Position numbers and translations under genes: made by a program. 64,000 bases of DNA from Azolla caroliniana (Eukaryota > Plantae > Polypodiophyta). The notes beneath the pieces were generated by a model. The model was given only the letters and a program-made list of their open reading frames with translations. It was not told where the DNA came from and did no database searches. Location of the stretch: assembly GCA_043228905.1 (NCBI GenBank), contig JBHGNT010000009.1, positions 12,772,001 through 12,836,000 on the forward strand, written 5' to 3'. This document shows positions 48,116-61,768 of this stretch, piece after piece; the stretch's first letter is position 1, and each line of letters opens with the position of its first letter.

Positions 48116-51100
48116 TGTAACGGTTACATGACCGTTATAAATAAGACCGTTATACATTCTTGTACACATGCACATAATTGTGCATGTGTCCATACACATA
48201 CTCATCCTCACACACTCATTTACTTTACACATACACATCAACCACATCATTACACCTACTCTTATGCCTCCCCATATATTCTTACGGGTAACACATGGCA
48301 CACCTGTGGGACACTACATTGTACAATGAACCCGCTCGCCATGGCAAATCTTTTCGATCGGAACTCCATCGGTCGACTCAATGGTCGGAAATCCCTCGAC
48401 CGGATGTTGTCCGCCGGAATAGTAATCAACGGACAGAAGTGCAAAAGCATTAAATATAGTAAAGCGTAAAGAAACGTATGTAACGGTTCACGAGAGAAGT
48501 GTGAACGGCTAAAGGCCCTGCGTATATAAAGGGCAGAAATCTTTTGTAAGAGGTAGCATGTAATTTTGGTGCATAGAGCGTTTCTCTAATAGAATACTAT
48601 CTTCTCTGATTTCTGTGCAGATCTGTGGTTTTATCTATTGTGTTTCTTGTTCTCTGTTGCATACTATTAATCGTAAGGGTGTAGGCGTAAGTGCGGATAC
48701 TTCCTAAGGAGCTCAGTTGTAGCTGTCTCCCTTATACGCTACTAGGATACGAGGGAGTATCCCATTACGTATTACGGTACGATGGTACCATTCCTTGCAA
48801 CATAGTCACCTTGAGGCCTAGGTCAAAGGACTGACCGTAGGCAGTGTTCCTAATCGGTAACACATTTGGCACGCTTGGTGATCTGCGTCGTCTCGCAGAC
48901 GAACAATGACGAATGGATGTTTAGTTGTCAACGACCCAGAGAACCAACACGACAAGACGGACCAATCATAAGGTCCATCACAAGGTCCATCACACGCCAG
49001 GCCGAGGAACACGCAAGGTAAAAACCTCACCTCAGTGATATTTGTCAGGACCACAAAGTTGACTTCCTGCTCACCAATACCGCAGCGACACACAGGAAGT
49101 TCCATCACCACACAAGTACTGTGGTCTTCCCCTGCCCTCCGTAGCATCAAGCATGGACTTCTCCTATCCCTGCTTTAACGGTGAAACAGACGCCGCAACC
49201 CACATTCGCCTATTCCTGAATGTTTGGAATGCGAATCACATGGCGTAGAGACTTTTAGAAGACGTAGTGCACCAGTCCAAAATGACAGAGTTTGGATTCA
49301 CTCTGAATGGTAGAGCTGCGTTTTGGCATTCATAGATGGATTTGCTAGCAATCATGACCTTCGACCAGCTGCAGTCGGCCTTTCTGTGTTTCTTTCATCG
49401 GAGGGTGCCGCAACGCGAAATCCTCGGGAAGTTCTACACAATTAAACAGTTGCCAGTCGAGATTGTCACGGACTTTAGTTTACGCTTCCAAAGTCTGCGG
49501 CGAAAATTAGAATGGGGGCCGATATAGCACGAGGCTCGGGAGACATTTCTGGCAGCCTTACGACGACCTATACGGACGACGATCAACAACAATAGCGTGA
49601 AAGGAGAAACAACCGATATGGTCATAGAGCGAGCGTTACAACTCGTGCTGGACGAAGAAGAAGAAAGGTTTTCCATGTCCTCATTACGACAAGCATTACT
49701 TCAGGACGAGGAACGACATTTTCGTCAGGCAATCCAGTGCACAATTTGCCTCAATTCCGGGCATTCCGCAATGGAATGCAACATGCGAATCCACTGTCCA
49801 ATCTGTCACTTGAAAGCACACATGGTCGAGTAGTGTGAATACAATATGCTGGACAGACCCACGCCCACAGTACGAAGCGTAGAAACACAACGACCACCTC
49901 GCCAAAATGATCAAAGGCGCCAAGAAGAATGACCCCGGTATACGGATCGGAATTGCTGGAATAACAACGATTATGAGGAAGAAGAGCCGGAGGACGAAGA
50001 TTACCGGGGCAACTGCAAATATAATAAAGGAGGACACCGTTATGAAAACTATCGTTTGGCGAACAAACGTGGTGGCTTCAATGGGCCTCGTGGGAAGCAT
50101 CGACAGTATAGGGACCAACGGCGTTACGACGAAAGTTCGGAAGATGACCGGCACCAAGAGCCGCGCCGGGACCAACAACAACCACCGCAGAATTTCAGAA
50201 GAATAAACCAAGACTAGGAGGAGCAAGCTACACCTGTGGATAGGAACACACCACCAGCTGCCGAGAAAGGCGAATCCAACATCCATTGTTTCGTTTGCCA
50301 ACAACTCGGACATTATGCCACTCAATGTCCAGTACACAAGGGCAAAGGTCCTGCCTTCAATACAATTATGGTGGAAGTTCAGCAAGTTACGACGATGCAG
50401 CAAACAAAAAATGTTGATTGGGCCGCGCAAGATGAGATAAGTAAGACGGCCCAAGCATGGGTCAAAAAAGCAAATGTGGCCAATACGGAGCGCATGCGGC
50501 AGGAGTCCGCAAACAATGTGGGGCCATTAGAGGAAGAAATAATATCCCCGAATCCCATATGGCAGGCATTGGCAGGATGCGAAATAACACTAACCATGGA
50601 GAAACTACTTCAATTAGTCCCACGGTTCCATCAAGCCGTCGAGGATCGCATAACATGCAGACCTGGGGTGACCGTCTCCGCCAATTTTACGGACGCCAGC
50701 AACGGACCGATGGTGGTGGATCACCACAATCCAACTATTAAGTTGGTATTACACGATCAGGAAATCGCAAGATGCGTAGTTGACGGGGGCTCCGGCGAAG
50801 ACATGCGAACAATTGGGAATTTCAAAATGGGAAACTTGCTCATTTTGGCTTCGCATGGCGGATATCCACTCAGTTAGGCCTTTAGGCTTAATCCGAAAAT
50901 CAAGCATCATCATTGGCGGCCATCACTTCGACATCTCGGCGGTAGTCCTCGCCCTCGACGCTCCGGGAGCATATCCAATGTTGCTTGGCAGACCTTGGCT
51001 TCGTTCGGCGAATATCAAACAAAGTTGGCAACATAAGTGCATCAGTTTTCGTCGAGGACGCACCAAGATCCGCGTACCCACAGAGGAGATGACGGCACAA

Positions 51101-54100
51101 CCCAAGGGGATAACACCATTATATGCAGAAGAGATAAATATGCTGGATGGGGTGGAGGATAAAGAGTTGGAAGCATACTTGGATGACCACCCCCGAATCA
51201 TTCCACTATTCGAAATCGACGTAATGGAAACCGCGGAGGAGTTTCAAGACGAGTCGTTGCCTCGTCCCTAGAAGAAGTTAATGTAGGCACGACATCAGAC
51301 CCCTGACTCCTCTCCATCGCAAAAGAATTCTACCGGATCAGAGAGACGCGATGATAGCACTACTCAAGAAGTATAAAGATGTGTTCGCTTGGTCCCATGA
51401 GGACATGAAGGGATTAGATCCGAAGTTCTATCAACATAAGATCAATTTAGCGACTGATGCGAAACCAGTCCAGCAGCGTCAATACCTCATGAATCCGAAT
51501 TACGTGGCTCGTGTAAAAGGGTAAATTGACAAACTTCTCAAGGCCGGATTCATTCGACCAGTCAAGCAAGCTACATGGCTAAGCTCGATAGTAGTCGTAC
51601 CAAAGAAAAGTGGAAAAATACGTGTGTGCGTGGACTACAGGATATTGAATGTCGTAACCATTACAGATGCGTTCCCTTTACCTTTCACCGACAACACACT
51701 GGATGCAATCGCAGGGCATGACATGTACAACTTTCGCTTCAGTGGGTACAATCAAGTACGCATGCACCCTGACAACCAAGAGAAGACAGTGTTTGTCACA
51801 GACTGGGAAGTTTATGTCAGGGTCTTCATGATGTTCGGGCTAAAGATGGTGCCGGCTACATTTCAGCTGACAATCACAGAGATTTTTGGGGAATATATAC
51901 CTGCCTTCATGCAGGTCTTTTTAGACGATTTTGCAGTGTATGGGACAACATCCGAACATTTTACGCATCTACAGCTTTGCCTGGAGCGTTGCCGAACTTC
52001 ACGCTTAAACATGAATCCCGCCAAATGCGCCTTCGACGTCACCAGTGGAGCCCTCCTTCGCCACATAGTCAGTAAGGAAGGGATAGCGGTAGATCCAAAC
52101 AAAATCTCCACGATTACTCATGCAAAGACACTAACAAATGCCAAAGCACTCAGCCGGTTTCTAGGACAAATACGATGGCACAGTCGGATGATATGCTATT
52201 TGGCGGATTTCACCACACCATTACATACCGTCATCCACCGTACTCCTTTCAAATGGACAGCAACGGAAGACAAGGCATGTGATGCGCTAAAAATAATGCG
52301 AACGCAGGCACCGGTCATATAGCCACCAGATTGGGCGAAACCATTTCACGTTTTTGTGGATGCCTCAGATATAGCAATAGGTAGTGCGCTGATGCAGCTC
52401 ACGGAGCCGAATTGGTACCGACCCATGTACTACGCTAGCCAGAAACTATCAACGGTTGAGCGTAACTATTCCAAAACAGAACGTGAAGCATTGGGTATGA
52501 TATACAACATCAATAAATTTCGGCATTATTTGCAAGGGCGAAAATTCACGTTTCACGTGGATCATATGGCATTGCTATATCTAGTGGAGAAACAAGCACT
52601 AACAGGAAAATTGGCTAGATGGATGCTGTTGCTCCAAGAATTCGACTTTGCAATTCAACACCGACCGGGTGCGCAACACGAGGTGGCGGATTTCTTGAGC
52701 AGATTAGATAATGGAGAAATGACACAAAAGGATGACGATGACTTTCCGGATGCAGACATTCTGCGAGTAGCAACTTTAGCAACAAGAACAGAAAAGACTT
52801 TTCCGGATCGATGTTGGATGGAAATGACCTACTTCTTGACCACGGGATTACCTCCACCACAATTAAGGACAGACGAGAAAAAATGGTTGGCCGTCCGGAG
52901 TCGTAATTTCTGTTTAGTTGAAAATTTCCTATATCACAAAGGCAGTGATGGCATCTGGAGGTGCGGGATACGGCAAGATGAGAAGGCAACGGTTTACGCG
53001 AAGCTCACTGTGGTACGACGGGAGGACATTACGCGGGCGATGTTACAACCCGTAAAGTCTGGCAAGACGGACTGTGGTGGCTGATTATGCAAAAGGATGC
53101 GTATGAATATTGCATACAATCCACACCTTTCAGGCTAGCATTTGGACTAGATGCCATAATGCCAGTTGAATTTCAGATACCCAGTCTGCGGATTCAAGTA
53201 CGAGACCAACTGCCAGAGCACAAATCCGAACAAATACGGCTACAACAACTGCTAGAACTAGGCAAAACACGATTACGCAGTATGGCCATATTGGAACAGA
53301 AACTGCGGCGGCACAAAGCATTCGTGGACCGACATCGGCATGCGCGTTGAAAGGATCTCACGATCGGGAAAGCAGTACTAGTTTTTCAAACACACATGGG
53401 GAAAATGCTACGAAAATTAAGATTCCGCTGGACAGGCCCATACTGGATAGGTGGAGCGGAACACGACACGTTTCAACTTGGCACCTTGGCTGGAGAAGTG
53501 CTACGACAAAAGGTAAATGGGTTTCTCTTAAAACCTTACCTGGGGCCTATGCCACCTAATTTGTTCCCCGCTAGACAAGACAAAGCTGGAGAATCCACAG
53601 AGTAATTATAGAGACCTACTTGTATTATAGTTTAAACAGAATATTGTATGTAACCGTTACGAAAGAAAAAAGCAAAAAAGAAAAAAGAAGAAGAGAAGAT
53701 AGCGACGCTATTAAAAGGACTTGATCCATGCACAAACTTCTAGAGCAAGAACACGCGGCACCACGATGGCTCACAGACCAATGAACCCTAGGCCACAAAA
53801 AGAAGAAAATAGAAGGTTTTCTACAGAGTACAGAAACCAATCTTCTAACCCTCATCACTCTCATTGCTCTAATCGCTCTCCTCACTCACCTTCCTCTCCA
53901 TCATACCATAGAGCTCATGTTCGCCATTGCCAGCATACCTCACCCTCTGTAACCCACGAGTCTCACACACCTACAATGTTGATCACTATTTCTGCTGCCT
54001 TGCGTAGATGGCTTGTCGAAAAGTGACTGGATGGATGCATCAAAGTCGCAGAGGCACCTGCTCACCCTGAACCCCTGGACATTGCCAGGAAACTCAATAT

Positions 54101-55267
54101 AGATACGGTTACCAACACATCCATCTGGAAGAAGCTTGACCTGTCATCACTTGGAGAAAGACATTTCAACATCCCTCCTGCAAAAACCTTGCAGAGATAT
54201 TTCGGGGCATATTCATCATCCGCCAAACCATACAGGACGAAGGAAATCCCCAACCCCTTCTTTCGTGAAATAGCCAAGTTCTTGTTGGAGGTAGGTTGCC
54301 TGCATGTAAATGCCTATGGGATGCCAAAGTAGAAGGCAGGCATCATCATTGATACCTTCGAAGGGCGTGCGGTCGATTGGGGGGTAATTACGGGACCAAC
54401 GTTACAAGAAGGCCTACACGCGTATCAAGGCGGCAAAAAGCTAACGCCAATCATACAACAGTATCTGACGATACTATTTCCACCCCGAGGTTTGCCCGCA
54501 CCACAGCCCAGCAAACCCACGCCGCTGCCACGTTCCGCGAAACAGAGGTTAGCAAAGTTGGCTACCACAGAATGGGAGGATGAACCCCAATCTTCCCAAC
54601 CCAACACGTGGACAACACAGGGAGAACGGCCGGAGATCAGGGAGGAAGCTCCGCAGGAAGCCAGCCGAGCAACGCTAGGAAAGCCCGAGGCCAAAATAGC
54701 GAAGGCTAGACAGGAAAGATGGGCGCGGATTAGTTAAAGACACAACCGTGGCCACAAAGACAACCGCCTTGGTCGACAGTTCCGCAACTATGGAGCCCAA
54801 CACCACTTTCGAAATAATCCGAGAACCACGGTCGATCATTACGGCCCAATCACAGCGGGGGAAAGGCGTGTTTACGGCGGAAAGCGAGGTCCTAAAGTAT
54901 CCAGACATTCCGGGCACAACCCATGAGTTTGGCGCACTGTTACAGTTCGGAACGACTTACGAACTCATGGAAATTTTGGCGACGCAACAAATAAAAGTCT
55001 CACAACGGATGACCGAGGAGCATGCGGAACAACAAATGATTGAGTGTGCGCTAACACAAACAATAGAAAGCGATGATGAGGGGCCGCTAGCCAGAGTAGG
55101 CAGATAGCGGAATGTCGGTATATTGAGCTACCCCCATTAAACGCAGCCCTCGTCGAGGTTCATCGGGAATTGGCTAAGGTTAGTATTGGAGCCAAAGATA
55201 TGGCGATAAAGAACAAAAATGTCTAGAAAACGGTTAAACAGACCCAAGTTGAGCTACAAAAGGCCAA
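48116..55267 (+). mobile_element. Ty3/Gypsy element J (Athila-like, distant relative of A), heavily decayed; interrupted by A'
   Basis: LTR ending GGTAACA at 48862 (start uncertain, 48116 or 48479); PBS-like TGGCACGC at 48867; gag (CTICLNSGH), PR (VDGGSG), RT (FLDDF), RH, INT with core deleted, extra ORF 53760-55267. Confidence 0.8.
53760..55267 (+). pseudogene. Extra 3' ORF of element J, homologous to that of A
   Basis: RRWLVEK*LDG...YFGAYS...FFREIAKFLLE...GIIIDTFEGRAVDWG. Confidence 0.6.
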
Positions 55268-55730
55268 TGTTACCGGCCGGCAAAGAAGGCTAAAGGAGGT
55301 CCAAACCAGAGTGTGAAAGGAATAGTTATTCGGGAACTGTTGGAATTAGTAGTCTTAATATATACATATTATTATATAAGAAGATGTGGACAGACGGACC
55401 GGAATCGGTATACCCATCCAGATCCGGAACAATTCCGTAAAGGTGCCGTTTGGCACCGTTTTGTATTTCGCACCGGAGACGTATATAAAGGCCCGGTTAC
55501 AATGTAATCAGGAGCGGATAATTAATAAAGCTTATGGTCTTAATCTTCAAGTGTTGATTACTGTTCTGTGATTATTGTCATATCTTACGCGTGTTAATTA
55601 CGAATGGCTAAGTAATCGATTAAGGTCTAATTAAGCGTTGTGTCGTAAGTCTTTCTGTCGTACCACCCTTTGGTGACGTGTCTTAAGTGGACACCCTGTG
55701 TTAGGCTGTTGTCCGGCCCTAGCAATAACA
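55268..55730 (+). repeat. 5' LTR of A'
   Basis: 463 bp; matches 9035-9354 (+) and 9371-9833 (-). Confidence 0.92.
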
Positions 55731-55785
55731 CAGTTTTTGGTGACCACGATTCCTACATTATCGCAGTGAACAGCGGCAGGAATGG

Positions 55786-58700
55786 ATGACTAGGCCAACA
55801 GACGACCCGGTTATGGAGAGAGCACGAAGACTTGCTGAATGGAGACGGCGGCGAGAGGCTTTTCCGCAAACAACAGAAGAAATCCGAACGGATCGATCAT
55901 TTTCCAAAGTGATCCGGAAAGTGGCGGAGGAGTCGCTCCGTCTGCAACAAAACGCCTACCCGGACGAAGGAAGCAGCTTAAGCAGCCTCCGGGAAGCGGA
56001 AACCCTTCTCCAAGCCCTGGCCGGAAGAGAAGGCGAATCTGAAGCATTCTCAGCACTGGAATCGGGTTCGGAAGGGGGTTACAGCATGCATACAAACTAT
56101 CGCAGCAATAACGACACACTAGGAGGACCGGAGGACAAGGAGTCGGATACTTTACCGACACCAGAACCAGAGTTGGCAGACCAAGAACCTCCGACACTTG
56201 TCGTGGAGCAACCTCCGGCACTCGTCAGGGAGCAACCTCCGGAGACGGAAGTACACAGGCAAAAACCTCCAACACCGGAAGTCGAGCCGGCAACACCAAA
56301 GGAAAACCGGCAAAGACCTCAGACGTTGGCGGAACAGCAGGAAAGACCACCGACACCGCCAGACCGCGTACCAACACCGGACGACGATATGCCGTCCCAA
56401 TACTCCAAGTATCGGGATGACCCGGACGCGGAGGCTCATGTTCACGCATTTGAACAAACATGGGAAGCAAACCATGTGTCACAATGGTTAACCGCGGCAG
56501 AAGAGAAACAATCTAAGATAGCCGAATTCGGCGTGACATTAGAAGGACCGGCCGCCAGATGGCACCGGATGCAAGATCGCAACACCATCACCACCTTTGC
56601 GGACCTGAAAGACAAATTCTTGCACTTCTTCCAGAAGGAGGTGGATCAGCGAGAAATGCTGGGCTTATTTTACACCATTTGGCAGGACCACGACGAGAGC
56701 ATCCCACAGTTTGTCATACGGTTTCAACGGATGCACAGTCAGCTTAACCGCGCACCTCCGGAGGAAGAAACGCGGGATATATTTTTAGCCGCGCTCCGGG
56801 AACCTCTACGAACGGTATGCACGGTCCTTGACTTTCGCACAAGCACCGTCGACCAGGTCATCGACCGGGTTCGAGAAATGGAGAAAACGACCTCTTGGCT
56901 AACAATGGGAGCCCTCCAACGAGCATTACCAACCGATGAGGATCTCCGTTTCCGGCAAGCAATCCAATGCACGACTTGCTTGAATTCCGGACACTCGTCA
57001 CTAGAGTGCACCATGCAGACGCACTGCTTACTCTGCCAATCTACGAGCCACACGATGGACCAGTGCGAATATAACTTATTGAATCGGCAAGCTCCACCAG
57101 TCTAGCAAATCGAGCCACGTAGCAGCCGAGACGAAGAAGACGAACGCTGGCAACGAGAGGAGCGATATCGACCGGCACAAGATGTTCGGTACGACAATCA
57201 GTGAGACAACTACGACCGGTACAAGAGATACGACAAGTACTGAGAATACAATGGACGGTACGAGCATCACAACCGGGATCACTTCCCCGGGTATCACCAA
57301 CGACAGGAAGAGTACGGGAGGTATGACGACCAACCCCGGCAAGGGTACCGCAACAAAAAGAGCTTTAATAAAAAACAGCATTTCAAAAACGGGAGCTACC
57401 CACGTGAACCGGAAAAAGGCGCCTCAAGCAGCCAACCAGACCAGAGCCCCGCGGTTACCACAAGTCCTCTACCGGGTACAGGAAACAATGTCGAGTCCAG
57501 CAACACCCGGAAAGCATATTGCTATTACTACCAGCAAGAAGGACATTATAGTAATCAATGTCCGGCAAAAAGCTACGATAAGCGACCGGTAGTAAACATG
57601 GTAGTCGCTGAAGTCGTAGACCTCCAGCAGGTCACCACAAGGTCGAAGGGGAAGACTACGGAATGGGAGACACAAGAGGCCATCTGGAAACAAGCAACGG
57701 AATGGGTAAAAAAGGCCAATGAGCGAAATGTAGCAGAACTCGCGCAACAGAAGGAGAACACCGAAGAGCTCGCCGGAAGCAGTCAGTCCGAAAACGCGAC
57801 ATGGCAGGTATTGCAGGAATGCCAGATCACGCCGCCGTTAGGACGACTCTTGCAGCTAGTACCAAGATTCACAGAATGCATGACGACAGGCGGAACACCA
57901 CCGGCTCCGGCATTCTTCTCAAATCCGGAGGAGGGACCGGCCGTGGTGGACCCCAACAGTCCGGCAATTACGGCCATTGTGAAAGGGAAAGAACTCCCCA
58001 ACACAATAATAGACGGAGGCTCCGGCGTTAATGTAATCAACCTCCAGACATGCGATGCTCTTGGAATCCGAGAGTGGGAGCCATGTCCGTTCTGGCTCTG
58101 AATGGATGACACAAGTTAGGTGCCACCGACAGGATAAATACGGAATTTGGAAGTAACCATCGGGGGCCACACATTCCGAATCTCTGCCGTAGTTCTCCAG
58201 TTGCAGGCTCAAGGAGCGTACCCATTATTGTTGGGACTTCCTTGGTTAAAAACGGCACATATCAAGCAGAACTGGAGGAGAAATATGATTACGTTTCGGC
58301 GGGGAAAAGCGAAGGTATGGGTACCAACACAACAAAGGGAGAGCACCGGCAAGGACCTGACACCGTTATATGCGGAGTGTGTCAATATGCTGGAGGGATT
58401 AGCAGACAAAGAAGAAGAGCAGTACTTGCTAGAGAACCCGAAGATTGTACCCCTCTTCGAAATTGACGTCGCGGAGGCGGTATCACCCTACTTACTACAA
58501 CCGGACGAAACCGAAGTGGAACCAGATAAAGAAGCAATCCGGGAGTTACGGCATGCGCAGGAGGCGTTGGAAAGGGAAATGGTCGTATCCCAGCGCGTAA
58601 AAGCGTCCCAATTAGAAGAAGTAAATCTAGGAACGGCGGAGGGGGCAAAACCGGTGCACATCGCCAAAGAAATGAATGTAGAGAACAAAACGGTGATAAT

Positions 58701-61586
58701 TACACTCCTCAACGAGTTTCGCGACGTCTTTGCCTGGTCGTACGAGGATATCAGAGGCCTGGATCCTCAGTTGTATCAGCACCAGATACATCTGAGCAAA
58801 GACGCCAAGCCGGTGGCACAGCGTCCGTACCGGATGAACCCACACTACGCTGCCAAAGTCAAGGAGGAGATCGACAAATTACTGAGGGTCGGCTTCATCC
58901 GTCCCGTAAAGAAATCCACATGGCTAAGCCCGATTGTAGTCGTACCGAAAAAGAACGGAAAAATTAGAGTTTTTGTCGACTATCGGAAGCTCAATGCGTC
59001 AACGGTAACGAATGCATTTCCACTTCCGTTTACGGATGGAGTTTTGGATGCCGTCGCCGGCCATAAAGTCTACAGTTTCTTAGACGGATTTAGCGGGTAT
59101 AATCAGATCCGGATGCACCCTGAGGATCAAGAGAAAACGTCTTTCGTCGCTGAATGGGGAGTGTTTGTTGCGGTGGTGATGATGTTCGGGCTGAAAACGG
59201 CACCAGCAACATTCCAACGGATCATCATGGAGATCTTTGGCAAGTACATACCGGCTTTTATGCAGGTGTTCCTTGACGACTTCGCCGTCTATAGTAGAGA
59301 AGAAGATCATTTGCAGCATCTCAGACTATGTCTAGAGAAGTGTAGGGCGTACCGGCTAAGCCTGAATCCGGCGAAGTGTGTATTTGGAGTGGCCAGCGGA
59401 ACGCTACTAGGGCATATAGTAATCAAGGAAGGCATTGTTGTAGATCCAGACAAAGTGAAAGCAATCCGGGAAGCACCGGCCCCGGCATTGAGTCGTTTCC
59501 TAGGACAAGTCCGCTGGCATAGCCGTATGCTCCGATATTTGGCAGACCTGGCTACACCTTTGCATACGGTAGTACATCGAACACCGTTCCAATGGACCGA
59601 CATCGAAGACAAGGCGTACCGGGCACTAAAGTTGTTATTGTCACAAGCACCGGTAGTGCAGCCTCCCGATTGGAGTAAAGAATTTCATGTGTTCGTGGAC
59701 GCTTCCGATATCGCAATTAGCAGCGCGCTCATGCAGCTTACCGAGCCAAGGTGGTACCGGCCAGTGTACTATGCCAGCCGGAAGCTATCCCAAGCGGAAC
59801 GAAATTATTCTACCACGGCAAGCGAAGCTTTAGGAATGATCTACAGTGTAACAAAATTCAGGCATTATTTATTGGGAAGAAAATTCTCCTTCCATGTGGA
59901 TCATTCGGCACTCCTTTACCTAGTATCCAAAGCGTCACTTACCGGTAAGCTGGCCCGGTGGACTTTGTTGTTGCAAGAGTTCGAATTCGAGATATTCCAC
60001 CGACCCGGCATACAGCATGCAGTCGCAGATTATCTAAGCCAGGGGAGACAGGGGACGGAGTACCGAACGAGTTTCGGGATGCAGAGCTTTTTTGAGTCAC
60101 CACTAAAACGGCAACAGATGAAACGGTGGCACAAGAAGATAAGTGGCTAACTAATATACACCAGTTTTTGAGCACCGGATTGCCTCTGGAGGAGATGAAC
60201 CGGGACGAGAGAAAACACCTGGCGGTACAAAGCCGACACTTCTGTTTATTATAGGACATGCTATACCACAAAGGTGCAGACGGTATTTGGCGACGAGCGG
60301 TGCGCAGCGACGAGAAGGAGGTAATACTACAGGAGGCACACTGCGGAGTCGCCGGAGGCCATTAGGCCAGAGATGCGACGGCAAGGAAAGTATGGCAAAG
60401 TGGCCTATGGTGGCCAACCACATTGAAAGATGCAGTCCGGTATGTGAAGGAGTGTGATCTATGCCAACGAATGGGTAAGCCAACGGAACAAGCTCGGATG
60501 CCACACCAGCCAGTCCTACCACTAGAACCATTCCAGAAATCGGGGCTGGATTTTGTCAGGCCATTCAAACCACCAGCAATGAAAACCGGCAACCGGTACG
60601 TGATCGTCGCGACGGAATACTGCACTAAGTGGGTGGAAGCAAAAGCCCTACGAGACAACACCGCGGCATCAATAGCGAAATTCTTATACGAATACATTTG
60701 GTGCCGATACGGATGCCCCATAGAACTAATAAGCGACCAAGGAGGGCACTTTCTTGGACAGGTGGTAGAAAGTTTGACAACGTTCTATGTGGTAGTACAT
60801 AAAAGAAGCACACCGTACTATCCGCAAGCAAATGGGATAGCTGAGTCGACGAACAAAATGCTCCAAAATATCCTCTGGAAGATCGTCAATGAAAATCGGA
60901 CAGATTGGGACACAAAGCTACACAGTGCGGTCTGGGCTTACTGGACAGCATACAAAACAAGCATCCGGACAACACCGTTCCGGTTAGCATTCGGATTGGA
61001 GGCAGTCATGCCGGTCGAGTTCCAGGTACCAAGCTTACGGAGTCAAATTAGGGAACGATTGAACGAAAAGGAATTGGAGGCAATTCGGTTAAAGGCTCTG
61101 TGCGAACTGGAAGAACACCGACTGGCGAGCATTATGAACCTGAAATTGGAACAACGGAGACGGAAAGCATTTGTAGATCGGCACCGAAAGGGAAAAAAAA
61201 AAATGTTCGGGACTGGCAAGCCGGTACTCGTGTTCCAGACCCGGATGGGCAAATTGCCAGGTAAACTACGGTTTAGATGGACCGGACCGTACTGGATCAC
61301 ACGCGAGTTCAATGGGTCCTACCAATTGGAGACACTTGCCGGAGAAGTGTTGGGCAAATGGGTCAACGGATTTAGATTAAAACCATACAAAGGACCTATG
61401 CCTAAGAACCCATTTGAACGAAGGGCCGAAACCGAATCAGACGCCGGCAGGCCAACCATAACGGCAACCGGTGGAGACGACGGCTACCACCAAGCCAGTA
61501 AGGAGAAGCATGAGCCGGCAAACCGACAAGAGGCCGGCGAGTTGCACGCTTCGGGCAAAGGTCCGACAAGACTGGAGAAAAACTAA
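55786..61586 (+). pseudogene. A' gag-pol, disrupted by several stops and frameshifts
   Basis: CTTCLNSGHSSLEC, IDGGSG, FLDGFSGYNQI, FLDDF, VDASDIA, SDQGGHF, YYPQANG, RWTGPY. Confidence 0.9.
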
Positions 61587-61768
61587 CCACACAAGTAAGT
61601 TAAAAAAAAAAGAAAAAAGAGAATAAAGGAGCGAATCAAATCCATCATGGAAAGGAGTGGTGGAAACGGCCATGCACACGAGGAGTAAAGAGGCACGTCG
61701 AAAAGGTACGAGGAGCTATGAATAGGACATTAAACCACCGCCACATGGCACGCAATGCTATTATAGTA

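Larger units (their letters stand above)
55268..61768 (+). mobile_element. Ty3/Gypsy element A' (same family as A): 5' LTR and gag-pol; interrupted by Copia G
   Basis: LTR 55268-55730 (TGTTA..TAACA); PBS-like TGGTGACCAC (tRNA-Arg-like) at 55738; gag 55786-57105; PR IIDGGSG; RT-RH 58147-60150; INT 60423-61586; no additional RNase H domain seen. Confidence 0.9.
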
